Shown piece after piece: positions 1 through 13,600 of a stretch of DNA of 64,000 nucleotides. Below the pieces are notes generated by a model. The model had not been told where the DNA came from. It was given only the letters and a program-made list of their open reading frames with translations, and made no database searches. A program made the position numbers and the translations under genes. The first letter of the stretch is position 1. The number at the start of each line of letters is the position of its first letter. Origin of the DNA: Okamejei kenojei (Eukaryota); the NCBI GenBank assembly GCA_035221665.1, contig CM069160.1, forward strand, positions 22,382,001-22,446,000, read 5' to 3'.

Positions 1-1545
1 AGCAGGAGTTAAAACTGGCATGTAACAAAGGTAATGCCACTTTGGTGATGGGAGATTTCAATATGCAGGTAGACTGGGAAAATCAGGTTGGTTCAGGACC
101 CCATGAAAGAGGGTTTGTAGAGTGCCTCCGAGGTGCATTCTTAGAGCAGCTTGTAATGCAGCCGACCAGAGAAAAGATAATTCTGGATTTAGCGTTGCCC
201 AATGAACCAGATATGATAAAGAGAACTTGAGGTAAAGGAACCGCTTGGAGGCAGTGATCATAATATGATTAGTTTTATTCTGCAATTTGAGAAGGAGAAT
301 GTTAAATCGGAAGTGTCAGTGATGCAGTAGAACAAAGGGGACTATGAAGTAGAACAAAGGGGACTATGAAGGCATGAGAGAGGAGCTGGCCGTTAGACTG
401 GAAAGGGATCCTAGCAGGAATGACGGCGGAAAAGCAATGGCATGAATTTCTGGGCATAATCCGGAAGACGCAAGATAATTTCATTCCAAAAAAGGAAGAA
501 AGATTCTCAGGGGAGTAGGAGGCACCCGTGGCTGAAAAGAGAAGTTAGGGACAGAATAAAACTTAAATAAAAGATATATAACACTGCAAAAAGTAGCCGG
601 AAGCCAGAGGATTGGGAAACTTTCATAGGACAATAGAAGGAAACAAAACTGGCAAAACGGGCTGAAAATATTAAGTCCGAAGGGAAGCTGGCCAAAATAT
701 AAAGATGGACAGTAAAAGCTTCTTTAGATATGTTAACGGAAAAATAGTAGCAACGTCAAATGTGGGTCGTTTGAAGGCAGACACCGATGAAATTATTATG
801 GATAACAAAGAAATGGCTGAAGATTTGAACATGTACTTCGGATCTGTCTTCACTAAGGAAGACACAAAAAATCTCCCAGATGTACTGGAGGACAGAGGAT
901 CTAAGAGGCAGAGGAATTGAAATAAATTTTCATTAAGCGAGAATAAGTATTGGATAGGCTAATGGGATGATAAATCCCCTGGGCCTGATGGACTGCATCC
1001 CAAGGTCCTTAGGGAGGTGGCTCTGGAAATAGTGGACGCATTGGTGATCATTTTCCAATGTTCAATAGATTCAGGATCAGTTCCTGTGTATTGGAGGATA
1101 GCTAATGTTATCCCACTTTTCAAGAAAGGAGCGAGAGAGAAAACGGGGAATTGCAGACGGGACCAGTTAGCCTAACTTCAGAGGTGGGAAAGATGCTGGA
1201 GTCAATTATTAAAGACGTAATAATGGAGCATTTGGATCGCAGTAATAGGATTAGTCCAAGCCAACGTGGATTTATGAAAGGGAAATCATGCTTGACTAAT
1301 CTTCTGGAATTTTTTTAGGATGTGACAAGTAAAATGGAAGAAGGGGTGCCAGTGGATATAGTGTATCTAGACTTTCAGAAAGCCTTTGATAAAGTCTGGA
1401 ACGGGAGACTGTTGACTAACATTAGTGCACATGTTATTGAGGGTAGGGTGTTGACATGGATAGAAAATTGGTTGGCAGACCTGAAGCAAAGACTAGGAGT
1501 GAACGGGTCCTTTTCAGACTGGCAGGCAGTGGCGATTGGGTGCCA
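1..1545 (+). mobile_element. CR1-clade LINE ORF2 fragment (endonuclease end to RT), decayed
   Basis: VMGDFN, LDL..N, KSFFRYVN, KSPGPDG-like and VDIVYLDFQKAFDKV motifs with stops and frameshifts. A 22-bp tandem duplication at 328-371. Confidence 0.9.
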
Positions 1546-2273
1546 CGAGGCTCTCCCCAGCCCCCCTTGCAACAAGGGCAGAGTCCCCCCAGTCCTCACC
1601 TTTCACCCCACCAGCCGTCACATACAACAAATCGTCCTCTGTCATTTTCGCCACCTTCAACGTGAAGCCACCACTCGCCACATCTTCCATTCTCCCCCGT
1701 CTGCTTTCCGCAAAGTCCGCTCCCTCCGTAACCTCCTGGGCAATTCATCCCTTCCCTCCCACACCACCCGCTCCACAGGCACTTTCCCTTGCAACCGAAA
1801 AAGATGCTACAGTTGTCGCTTTACCTCCCCCCTCGACTCCATTCAAGGACCCAAGCAGTTGTTCCATGTGCGTCAGAGGTTCACCTGCACCTCCTCCAAC
1901 CTCATCTATTGCATCCGCTGCTCTAGATGTCAGCTGATCTACATCAGTGAGACCAAGCTTAGGTTTGGTGATCGTTTCGCCGAACACCTCTGCTCGGTCC
2001 GCATTAATCAACCTGATCACCCTGTGGCTCAGCACTTCAACTCCCCCTCCCATTCCGAATCCGACCTTTCTGCCCTGGGCCTCCTCCATGGCCAGTGAGC
2101 ACCACCGTAAATTGGAGGAGCAGCACCTCATAATCCGCTTGGGCAGTTTGCATCCTAAAGGCATGAACATTGACCTCGTATTTCCGGTTGCCCTTGCTGT
2201 CTCCTCCCCTTCTCAGCTCTCCCTCAGCCCTCTGGCTCCTCCTCTTCCTTTCTCCTTTCTCCCTCCCGCCCCA

Positions 2274-2305
<32 letters not shown>

Positions 2306-2444
2306 CAACATCATTCCGAAGAAAGGTTTCGGCCCGAAACGTTGCCTATTTCCTTCGCTCCATCGATGATGCCTCACCCGCTGAGTTTCTCCAGCACTTT
2401 TGTCTACCTTCCATTTCCCAGCATCTGCAGTTCCTTCTTAAACA
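1546..2444 (+). mobile_element. Penelope-like element 3' fragment: GIY-YIG endonuclease plus terminal repeat (pLTR)
   Basis: RVPPVLTFHP...TFPCNRKRCYSC...FTCTSSNLIYCIRCSRCQLIYISETK...RFAEH...PVAQHFN, then poly-C and the terminal repeat with a degenerate hammerhead core at 2316-2343. Confidence 0.88.
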
Positions 2445-2449
2445 CCATT

Positions 2450-3342
2450 AACCAAGGGGCAAACTGTTGACCTCATCTCAGTCCTAAATTGCTTATCCCT
2501 CATAGTTAAACTGTGACCCCTAATTCTGGGCTCCCCAACATCGGCAACATCTTCCCTGCATTTAGCTTGTCCAATCCCTTAAGAATATTATGTGCTTCGA
2601 TAAGATCCCTTCAAAATTCTTCTCATCATTCTAAATTCCATTCAATATAAACCCATTCGATCCGTTCTTTCATCATATGTAAGTGCCGCCATCCCGTAAA
2701 TTAACCTGGTGAAGCTACACTGCACTCCCTCAATGGCAAGAATGTCCTTCCTCAAATTAGGAGAACAAAACTGCACACAATACTTCAGGTGTGGTTTCAC
2801 CAGGCCCCTTTACAACTTCAGTAGGAATATAGATATATTCTTTCAGAAATATATATTCTTTCATCACGTCATCACTGATTGCTGGGATATCAGGACTTTC
2901 ATATGAGGAAAGACTGGATAGACTCGGCTTGTACTCGCTATGATTTAGAAGATTGTGGGGGGATCTTATAGAAACGTACAACATTCTTAAGTGGTTGGTC
3001 AGGCTAGATGCAGGAAGATTGTTCCCGATGTTGGGGAAGGCCAGAACAAGTGGTCACAGTTTAAGGATAAGGGATAAGCCTTTTAACACCGAGATGAGAA
3101 AAACATTTTTCACACAGAGAGTGGTGAGTCTCTGGAATTCTCTGCCACAGAAGGTAGTTGAGGCCAGTTAATTTGCTATATTTAAGAGGGAGTTAGATGT
3201 GGCCGTTTTGGCTAAAGTGATCAGGGTGTATGGAGAGAAGACAGGTACAGGATACTGAGTTGAATCATCAGCCATGATCATATTGAATGGCTCGAAGGGC
3301 CGAATGGCCTACTCCTGCCCCTATTTTCTATGTTTCTATGTT
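2450..3342. mobile_element. Two CR1 3' fragments in opposite orientation (about 2450-2825 minus, about 2868-3342 plus)
   Basis: [27 protein letters not shown]-type ORF2 C-terminus on both strands, with a (tttctatg)n tail at about 3325-3342. Confidence 0.85.
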
Positions 3343-4349
3343 CTAATATCATTGACGTGAATTTTTGTTCGTTCTTCCAGCCACTAACATTCCGCGTCCT
3401 GTAAGTTTTTTTTTCTGAATTTTCTCAAACTTCAAGAAATTTGTGAACTTTATAAGTGTCCCCTTAGATATTTCTTGACTTGGGTAAATATAGTTATGAA
3501 AATGGATTACTCGAAGTTGTCTGCTGAATGAACGACAAACAGCATCACTCGCTCTACAGAAAATACTGTCGCAAATTATTCCCAGTTTGCTGAAGAGGAC
3601 AAATTCATACGTTACCCAACTCCACGCGAAGCGATTCGTCTGCCAATGAATAAAAATAAGATTTCAGAAGCTTGTAAATCTTTAATCTAGCACAATCAGA
3701 AGGTGGTCACTCGCCATGCGCCTTGTTAATTGATTAATATGTGAAATACATTAGAGGATAAATTGGTTGTGTCTGATCGTATTATTTCACTGCCATCTGC
3801 ACACTCAATTTATGGGTATTCAATAATATGGGTATTCTTTTTGCGAACTCCCGACTATCCTTTAATGTCTAAATCACAGGTGGATCTCTGCGTGAAGCAG
3901 CCTGCATTCACGCAGTTTATTATCCCTGCAAAGCCGATATATTGAGCCAGGAATCTGGTCATCCAGACAGCAGGATGCAGTCAACGCCAAGGCTCCGTGG
4001 GGGTGGACCATGGTCCCAGGTCCTTCCGCTTCTGGACATTTAGAGTGATGCCTTTTCTGGACATTACCAAACAAGGGATATCACCTCCGGGAGTAAATGA
4101 GTGGCAACTGGCAAGGATATTTTGACTGATGATAGGTGCGAACACGACTGAATGTATGAACATATAGACACTGTGAATGTATGAAGAGTTCCCCCACAAA
4201 TATTGTGTCATATATATTCGTATTTTCAACAATGATTATTTCGGGGTAAAATAATCTCCAAGCGTGCTCCTGAGTCACACCGCAACATGTCAAAATAGTC
4301 ACCCGACATATTTTGTCTTCACTTTCGCTTTCGTTCTGAAATGAAATAA

Positions 4350-4890
4350 ATAATAGACAATAAACAATAGACAATAGATAATAGGTGGAGGAGTAGGCCA
4401 TTCGGCCCATCGAGCTTGCACCGGCATTCACTGTGATCGTGGCAGATCATGCGCATTCAGTAACTCGTTCCTGCCTTCTCCCCATATCCCTTCACTTCGC
4501 TATCCTTAAGACCTCTATTAACTCTCTCCCGAAAGCATCCGGAGAATTGACCTCCACCGCCTTCTGAGGCAGAGAATTCCACATTCATAAACTCTGGCCC
4601 CTGGTTCTGCACCAGGTATGAACTTGCTTTCCTCGAATTACTGTACAAGTCTCTGTCCCGCTCAGTCAGAATCGTTTTTAAAATGCAGCTGTCGACGTTT
4701 GTTGGAATATTCGGTGACATGATGAATCTCTTGCAACCTCTAAGAAAATTAATACATTAGCGCGCCTTTTTTGATGCTATATATGTGCCGAGACTAGAAC
4801 ATAACATCTGATATGTTAACACAAAGAGATCTGAAGCTGTTAACGCTCTCCAGCACGGAGGTACCAATGTAAATTGGCGCGGAGTCCCAC
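4350..4890 (-). mobile_element. CR1 3' end (4350-4610) followed by a decayed Rex1/L2-type RT fragment
   Basis: (aatagac)n tail plus ggagtaggccattcggccc CR1 3' UTR. The downstream part resembles the reverse of 57600-57780. Confidence 0.6.
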
Positions 4891-5399
4891 GACGTCCCCA
4901 TTCCGAACACAATTATTATTTGTGCATGAATAAACTGGTTTACACTAACTGCTGGTGCAAGTCAGGAGGTGAGACAGCATCCCTGAAGCGTATAGATACG
5001 TGATAAGATGACGGCCCCATTTAGACCCATTCTGATAATTTTCAATGATTCAGCGAAAAATGTTCCAAAAGATGTAAATCTGCGTGTGCGCAGTTGAGTT
5101 GAATAATATTAATGCGTTTACCAGGAAGCTACACGCGCCCATGAATGAAATAAGGATTGCATTCATAGGTTTATATGAGGCAATAGGACATCAGTGTGCT
5201 TCACTAACACCGCACGTGTCACTTCGGTCGATTGACCTGCTTCCATACTCTAGATGGAAATTCGCTTGCATGCTCAATATCCGGCAGTGCAGCAGCTTAA
5301 TTATCACCCTGTAAGGCCTTTTGCCGTTGGAATTACGTGACAACGGTAAGCGCTTAGATAAATTAATAAATGAGGAACTGAAGATGCTGATTTACAAAA

Positions 5400-5930
5400 A
5401 AACATCCTTGTGATTGAGGCAGTGCAGCGTAGGTTCACAGGATTGATTCCTGGGATGGCGGGACTGTCATATGAGGAAAGATTGAAAAGACCAGGCTTGT
5501 ATTCACTCTAGTTTAGAATGATGAGGGGGGATCTTATAGAAACATATAAATTATAAAAGGACTGAACGAGTTAGATGCAGGAAAAACGTTCCCAATGTTG
5601 AGCGAGTCCAGAACCAGGGGCCACAGTCTTAGAATAAGGGAGATGCCATTTAAGACTGAGGTGAGAAAAAACGTTTTCACCGAGAGAGTTGTGAATTTGT
5701 GGAATTTCCTGCCATAGAGGGCAGTGGAGGCCAAATCACTGGAAGGATTTAAGAGAGAGTTTGATAGAGCTCTAGGGGCTAGTGGAATCAAGGGATATGG
5801 GGAGAAGGCAGGCACGGGTTATTGATTGGGGACGATCACACATGATCACAATGAATGGAGGTGCTGGCTCGAAGTGCCAAATAGGCTCAACCTGCACCTA
5901 TTACTATATTTCTATGTTTGTATGTTTCAA
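5400..5930 (+). mobile_element. CR1 3' fragment
   Basis: ORF2 C-terminus ([19 protein letters not shown]) and CR1 3' UTR with tail. Confidence 0.85.
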
Positions 5931-7735
5931 TCTATTTGTACCACGCTGACAAGCCCGTGACGTAATGCTGATAGGTCGTGGAATCTATGCCAGTGGATAA
6001 GCCTGCAATTGGCCCAGTCAACCCGTTTGCAACTTCTATCAGTAGCATTCCCAGCACAGAAATGCCAAGGTCAAATTATAGAAAGTGTGTTTCAATTTTA
6101 TATTACATAAAGGAAAGTGCTGCGTTCGCTGCAAACCTCGCGCAAAATATATGCTGGTGTTACATCCAATAACTGACCTTTTTACGATTCCTTTACTCCT
6201 TCTTGGAGCCCTCAAAATCTTTTTTTTTTGGAATCCAAGTGTCGGCGCGCTCTACAGGACACATCAACAAGTGGGTCTTTGCCTCTGTGGCTTCAAGGAG
6301 TTATGTGTTGAACACTCAGACGTCGTAGGCTCTGATCCGTCACCTTCTCGGACGAGGAGATCCCGGACGAGGAGATCGGACACCTTCTCGGACGAGGAGA
6401 TTCCTTGCATACATTTCTCCGTCAAAGGTGATCAAATCCCTGCGCTCTGCCACTTCCTCTTGTCTCTCTCTCTCTTTCTCTCTAAATATAGCCGCATCGT
6501 CCGCTCTATTGCAGTTGGACCTTAGCGCTAGGCTTGACTACCAATGGACAGCGGTCAAATAACGCGAAAACGGTCGCTGTCATGATTTTGACACAAGGTG
6601 CGCCGTTTTGGGAATAAATAGAATTGCACATATGTGCATAAGTGTCAACAAATCGCTTGGGATTTTGTTTCGATACCTTTAAAATACTCCAGTACTCCAG
6701 TGGATATAATTTCTACTGATTACGCTTAAAATTGAAGAACGCTACTTCGAGAAAGTAATAAGTAAGCCTACCTGTGAAGAATTTTCCAAAAATATTGGCA
6801 GTTAATGTCTGAATTCCATTGGGTAAATGATGTTAAAATTTTCGAAATTAATTCAACATTGGAGTTGTTTACTGTGTTAATTTGAGACTTGACAGTAAAA
6901 AAAAATCGACGTGGAAACTGGAATCTTTCCAGCAAGATGATACATTTTAACGGACTTAGAGTGCATCATGAATGTGCTGACTCTGCAGATTTTCTGTTGG
7001 CAGCCCTTTCCTCTCAGACGAATTCTGATTTGTCACAGAATGGCGATGTGATTTATCCAGTTACCATGTCTGTCGAGCGGCCACATTGGAAGAGGAAAAT
7101 GAGCCCCCACTGTCAATCTCCAGTCGCCCCCCCTTTCTTTCAATCGCATTGTCTTACCCATTGTCCATTAGACGTATGTACTAATAACTATTTCTTTTTA
7201 AAAAACACACACAGCAGAAGTATCTAATACGCTCAAATATTAACTACTGCAGAGCAAAACACAAAGAGCCAGAGGAACTCCGTGGATTGGACAACATCTG
7301 GAGAGGGAATAGACGGACATCATTTCAGGTCGAGACCCTTTATTAGATTTTATTAACTATAGGCAATATAGTCAAGGATTAATCAATGTAGAAACGCAGA
7401 TGCTAGTTTACACAAAAGGAAACACATTTCTGTAGTAATTCAGTGGGTCAGGCAGCATCTCTCGATAGTCCCGACCCGAAAAGTCACTTACCCATGTTCT
7501 CCAGAGATGCTGCCTGACCCGCTGAGTTACTTCAGCACTCTGTGACCTTTCATTTAATCGATTACTGTCGGTCTCCTTTAAATCCAACCACTTTGAGATA
7601 GCCGTTCTACTGTTACATAAGCACATTTAATTGCCCATCGTTAATTCATAATTTATAGAGCCCCGTGACGTACTTGCCGATTCTATTCGGTAACCAACAC
7701 CAAACAAGTACAAAAACAAAGATACTGAACAACAT

Positions 7736-8856
7736 AGGGAATTGAGGAATTTAAGAGCATGGAGAGCCTGCTGGCAGGACACCCAACATCCCGCCCAAAT
7801 GACCGTCTACCCAAACACACTGTTGCCACCTGGCGCAGAACTGGTCCGCAGAGAGTGGGTTACACTGAATCGTCTGCGAACTGGTGTTGGGCGTTTCAAT
7901 CATAACATGAAACGTTGGGGACTGCGCCCATCAGCAGCCTGTACTTGTGGACACCCCGACCAGACCGCACACCATGTAATCCACGACTGTCCCACCCTCA
8001 GCCCACCAGATACCACTACCATCGACCTGACCAACCCCAATCCTGACACAGTGAACTGGCTGCGACGCCTGAATCAAACTGTGTAACTGACTCATACGCA
8101 AGAAGAAGAAGAAGAGGAATGCTGTGGAACAGAGGGATCTAGGAATAACTGTGCATAGTTCCCTGAAGGTGGAATCGCATGTAGATAGGGTGGTAAAGAA
8201 AGCCTTTGGTGTGCCTGCCTTTATAAATCAGAGCATTGAATATAGGAGTAGGGAAGTAATGTTAAAATTGTACAAGGCATTGGTAAGACCAATTCTGGAG
8301 TATGGTGTACAATTTTGGTCGCCTAGTTATAGGAAGGATGTCAACAAAATAGAGAGAGTACAGAGGAGATTTATTAGAATGTTGCCAGGGTTCCAGCAAC
8401 TATGTTACAGAGAAAGGTTGAACAAGTTAGGTCTTTATTCTTTGGAGCGAAGAAGGTTAAGGGGGACTTGATTGAGGTCTTTAAAATGATGAAAGGGATA
8501 GACAGAGTTGACGTGGATACGTTTTTCCCATTGAGGGTAGGGAAGATTCAAACAAGAGGGCATGACATGAGAATTAAGGGACAGAGGTTTCGGGGTAACG
8601 TGAGGGGGAACTTCTTTACTCAGAGGGTGGTGGCTGTGTGGAATCAGCTTCCAGCAGAAGTGGTGGAGGCAGGATCGATTTTAACATTTAAGAGTAAAGT
8701 GGATAGGTATATGGACGTGAAGGGAATGGAGCGGTATGGTCTGAGTGCAGGTAGATGGGACTAGGGGAAAACAAATGGTCGGCACGGACTGGAAGGGCCG
8801 AGAGGGCCTGTTTCCGTGCTGTAATTGTTATATGGTTATATGGTTATATGGTTATA
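7736..8856 (+). mobile_element. CR1 3' fragment of the same young subfamily as 41222-45581
   Basis: ORFs 8124-8471 and 8402-8764 are nearly identical to ORFs 41719-42930 and 41306-41692. (tatatggt)n tail. Confidence 0.9.
7751..8113 (+). mobile_element. Vingi/Ingi-like (I-superfamily) LINE 3' fragment inserted in a CR1 copy
   Basis: LPPG..L.RREWVTLNRLRTGVGRF...WG...ACTCG...QTAHHVIHDCP C-terminal zinc knuckle, (GAA)n tail, and a 7-bp duplication GAGGAAT at 7744-7750 and 8114-8120. Confidence 0.7.
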
Positions 8857-8950
8857 AATACCGAGACATGCTCGTGTCAATCAAAGGTAGGCAAAAATGC
8901 TGGAGAAACTCAGCTGGTGAGAGAGCATCTATAGGGCGAACGAAATGGGC

Positions 8951-8978
8951 GACGTTTCGGGTCAAGACCCTTCATCAG
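8951..8978 (-). ncRNA. Minimal type-I hammerhead ribozyme motif in a Penelope-derived terminal repeat
   Basis: Minus strand reads CUGAUGA-A-GGGUC-UU-GACCC-GAAA-CG-UC: conserved core, helix II, palindromic ACGU in place of helix III, GUC triplet. Helix I is weak or absent. Confidence 0.6.
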
Positions 8979-9574
8979 TCAATCGATATCTTCATGTCAA
9001 TCGACATCAGTGGAGAAATGTTTCTCAACATTGATAATCTTGCTGGAACTTCAGCTAAATAAGCACAGATATCAGAATTGATCAAAGTTTAACAAGTCGT
9101 ATTTATCCTACACCGATGTAGGCCTATTGAATATTTAATAATTGTTGTGTTTAAAAAAAATCAAACCTAGCAGCTTCCTTTTTTTTGCTCTCCACGTCAA
9201 TTGTTGTTAACGCTTTCTAATGACGTTCCGTTATTATTGAGAACAAAAGGTTCTACACAACCTCCTCGGCTTCCGTGTCCCATGGTAAAAATTTAACAAA
9301 GAAAGTTAATTGAATTGTCGAAACAAGGAGTTGCAGATGCTGGTTAAAACAGAAAAGGACACAAACTGTTGCAGTAACTCAGCATGTCTTCTTCAGCCTC
9401 GTTGTCGGTGAAGGGGCGGTGGGGGGGGGGGGGGGGGGGGGGGAGCTGGCACAGGAGAGAGGCAGGACAAAGCGTGGCGGTTGACAGGTCGGCATCCTCA
9501 TTTTCATTCTCTTGCATATTCCCCGCAACCCACTGAATTCACAGCAGATCAAAAATCAAAATAATGTTTAACCG

Positions 9575-9775
9575 CGGAGGGTTGAGGTCCCGACCACGGG
9601 GGGAAATGGAGCTGGCCAAATTTTGTGCCTTCCACCACAGTGATGAATGCTGTGGTGGATGTTTATGTTAAATTTTATTGTGTTTTTGTGTGTTCTTTTT
9701 CATTGTACCGCTGCTGGCCAATTCATTTCACTTGCACTTTATGTGCAAGTGACGAATAAAACTGATTGATTGATA
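9575..9775 (+). repeat. Interspersed non-autonomous LINE-tail repeat (also about 17620-18430, 27130-27523/28157-28645, and 34830-35170 on minus)
   Basis: Shared core gccttccaccacagtga...tgtggtggatgtttatgt...aataaa plus a short tandem tail recurs at these positions. Confidence 0.6.
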
Positions 9776-9881
9776 ACCTTAATATATTGAATGATTTTGT
9801 TAAATATATTAATTCAATCTCTGGAGGTACAGCAATAGTTTCGAATGTACCCGAACCTGTACCAATATCAGCCTATTACCT

Positions 9882-10603
9882 AAGACACAAAATGCTGGAG
9901 TATTTCCCTGAGCACATCATCTCAGTCCGCCAAAATATACCTGGTCTCCCGGTTGATAAATATTTTAACTCCCGTTCCCATTCCCACACTGACCTTTCTG
10001 ACCTGGGCCTCCTCCAATGTCAGGCAGGCAGCATCGCTGGACACAAGGAATGTGTGACGTTTCGGGTCTAGAACCTGCTTCAGACTGAGAGGGAGATACA
10101 GAGATAAGAAGTGTAAGGTGTGAAAACGAGATGAAGTGGTATAGAGATCAAGGAAAATGAAGACTAGATCATTGTTAGCTGGGAAAAGGTAACAACAAAG
10201 CACACGAGGACAGTCAAACTAGCCCGAGAACTGGGAACGAGGAGGGATGGAGAGAGCGGGAAGGCAAGAGTTGCTTGGCGTTAGATAAGTCAATATTCAT
10301 ACCGCTAGGGAGTAAGCTGTCCACGAAAAATATGATGTTGTTGTTCCTCCAAGTTGCGCTGGGCCTCACTCTGACATTGGAGGAGGCCCAGGACAGAAAG
10401 GTCAGTGTGGGAATGGGAACGGGAGTTAAAATATTTATCAACCGGGAGACCAGGGATATTTTGGCGCACTGAGATAATGTGCTCAGGGAAACGATCGCCG
10501 AGCCTGCGCTTGGTGTCTCCGATATATAAGAGTCCACACCTGGATCAGCAGATTCTGTATACAAGGTTGGAGTATGTCCCAGTGAACCGCAGCCTCACCT
10601 GAA
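9882..10603 (-). mobile_element. Penelope-like fragment (minus) with an inverted internal copy (9905-10020) and pLTR
   Basis: 10330-10600 encodes GIY-YIG C-terminal sequence on the minus strand. 9905-10022 is the reverse complement of about 10375-10490. pLTR with degenerate hammerhead at about 10056-10083. Confidence 0.8.
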
Positions 10604-13600
10604 AATATTGTCGGGATTGTAATAGCAATTTCAAACTTTTCCAATGTCCAACTTTCCGTTGCCATTACTACACAGGCAAGTCCAAGTGATCGTACGCAGA
10701 CGGTAAAGCTAATCGGATCATCCAGTCGTTATTTCCAGTTTAATTGATTCTTTATTGAGGTTGTTGTACAGACAATAAAGTGAACATACCAGATCCTCTT
10801 TTTTCTTATACAAATTGTAGCTTTCCGTTCTTAATATCTGATCTGGTAAGAACTCCATTCTCTCCCGTGCCTGATCGACTGATCTGCCACACCCTCCCCT
10901 GGTATGATGTATGTAACGCTAATCTACGTATCAAAAGCCCACCCCCAAGCGTTCAAAATAATACTACTAGAAATATCGAGACAAAATAATATAATATACT
11001 AACAGTAAGTAGTCTAAGCATGAATGGCTTCGACACACCGGTCCCTAATTGTTCTACCTATGTAACAAAACAATTACAAATAAACATGAAAAGGACATAT
11101 AAAAGCTCAACATATTATCAAAAACAAAAGGTCTGCACTATGTTTTGGCATTCAAACGTCTTTAGTGATTCTTCAAGCTTCTTCTTTGGTTTCTTGGAGC
11201 AGACATATCTTAGTTATCAGACTTACCAAGATGTCGTTATCAGTCTGAAGTCGTACTGTCCGCACAACACATTTTGCAACTGGTCTGATCTGCAATATTC
11301 TGCCCATTGGCCAGGAGCCTCGTGGTGCAGTTGAATTAACCACAAAACTATGAACCTGGAATAAAGCTTCTTCTTACCTTTGACCATCGTTGTCGTTCTT
11401 GCATTACAGGCAAGTATTCCTGTGTCCACTATTTCCAAAAAAGGGCTGCCATATATTGTACCTGTCTCCATCTGCGTTTCATATACAGATGTCTTCCTTC
11501 ACAAAGAATCCAGGCGGTATTATTGGATTGGTCTTCAACAGGAGAAGATGGTTTGGTATATGCGCTTCCAGGTCCCGTGGATCAGCAGAATTCTTGGTAA
11601 TGGGTCGATCATTCAAAATTGTTTAAACTTCACAAACTAAAGTTTGCAATCCTTCATCGTCCAGAACAGAGCGCAGCACATTATGAACCATGCAAATCAA
11701 TCATTCCCAAACACCACAGTGATGGGATCCTGCTGGGGGATTAAAGTTCCACCTTATCCCTCGCTGAAGCATATAATTTGGGGTCTTGAGTGCTTCTCTC
11801 AATTCTCTTTCCGCTCTGATAAAGTTTTCTGATCTTAAAGATGAAACTTGACCTTCTTTACTGTGTTTGTCACCGCTGCTGGGAAATGAGCTTTGGTTTC
11901 TTCAGCACTCTTCCTTAATGCAAAGTCTGCACAACTTGGTGATGGCACTGCTCCAAAAAGATGTGCCTTTATCCAGCATTCAACAAGGTCTTGCAGTGCA
12001 TCACCTTCAGGTCATCACAGGAACTGAAAATAGTCAATATGCTTTTCTGATACATTGACCAGATGAAGCATTGCTTGATAGCATCCATCAAAGCAAGTGG
12101 GTTTTGTCTGAATCTGATGAGAACTCGTTAAGTGAGTTGGTATGGTCTGGACCCTGCAACAGTTGGCAGTTAAGTAATATTCCTTTGAAGATTGCCCCAC
12201 AGTCAAATAACACCGTTAAGATTCCTTTCTGTGCATGAAACACGCCTTGGTGTGGGATGTACCAGAGATCTCCATCACTTCAATTCAGCTGGTCCACTGG
12301 TACCATTTCTGCATAACCATTATGAATCATTTCTGTAAGGAAAGATGTGTATTCATCATAAAATTTCTTATTCTTGCCATCCAGAGCATTTCAGGCTCTG
12401 GATGCACTGCACAGCAATGCAACAGTTATTCGGCAAAATGACGCTTTATTGTTTGAAAGAAAAATCTAATATACTGTTCATCTATCATCTTTACTGAGTG
12501 ATACATAATATCCAAGGAGTTTACCTCTTCTCTGGACATTTCTTCGGCTTCCTTACTGGTTATTTCACTAAGGTCGTGATTGTATTGCTTGACCAGTAAC
12601 TCCTCTAAGCGTACAGTGGATATTCGATTGACAGTAGCATCAGGGCAGCCATTTTCATCCCTGCTTTCATTGACTCTTCTCTGGGGACCATTTATGGCCC
12701 ATCCGAGAAGGGTCCTCATGGCAAATGGTCCATCCCCTTGGCTGTTGACCAGCTCCCAAGGTTCCAATACCTTTCTTACTTTAAACTAGGGCTTCTGAAG
12801 CTCTATTTCAGGCAGCGGTACTTTCACCAATGACCCGTGGTTTTATCTGACTTCATTGCAGAGCTTGATTAATTGAACCAGCTTAGATTGTACTTCCTTC
12901 ACATTCTCATCTGATTTCATGACGGAAGAAGGCCTTGACCCGAAACGTGGCCTATTTCCTTCACCCAATAGATGCTGCCTCAGTCACCCGCTGGGTTTCT
13001 CTAGCATTTTTGTCTACCCTCGATTTTCCAGCATCCGCAGTTCCTTCTTAAACCTACTGGTAATCAGCTCACTGTTAAACGTGATTCCATGAATCGCACT
13101 TAGAGATAAATACCCATTATCAATGTGTACAGTAAAGTACCTTAGATATATTTACAAAAATATATGTATAAATGTAGAAATGCATGATAGTTTATTTAAA
13201 CAGGAATTAACTCCAAATGCCCCACAAGTAACCTTACTCTATTTACATGATTTTATTGTGAACCAACCAGCCAGCTTTCTCATTCTTTGGTGTGAGGATT
13301 TAAATAATGATGTAAAATAAAAACTACTTCTAGTGGAAAAGTACAACGGACAAGCGAAGTACGGTAGATGTGAATAATCAGAAATTTAAAAAATTGCACT
13401 CAGCGGGTCAGGCAGTTGGTGAAATAACCCAATTAACATTTAAGGGTGCTGATCTTACTTGGGATTGAACATGTGGGTTTACACTAAATAGTGGGGGGAA
13501 GGGAGTGACAATTTGTGAGTTGAAGGGGAAGTGGCTACAGGAAAAATTACAAAAGATTCTCGAATTAATGAGAAGGATAGCTCGAGAAGGGACAACAGAG

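Noticed and set aside
1322-2098. 258-aa ORF fusing a CR1 RT segment to a GIY-YIG endonuclease, resembling a novel RT-nuclease chimera
   Set aside because: Only a short RT piece without the catalytic DD motif is included, and the upstream CR1 is full of stops. It is a chance in-frame junction where a Penelope fragment abuts a dead CR1 at about 1545.
2270-2305. Long poly-C/poly-G runs (also 9420-9443, 35793-35812, 38066-38082, 49233-49248) and derived poly-Pro/Gly ORFs
   Set aside because: Homopolymer expansions within repeats; their lengths are unreliable in sequencing and they have no coding support.
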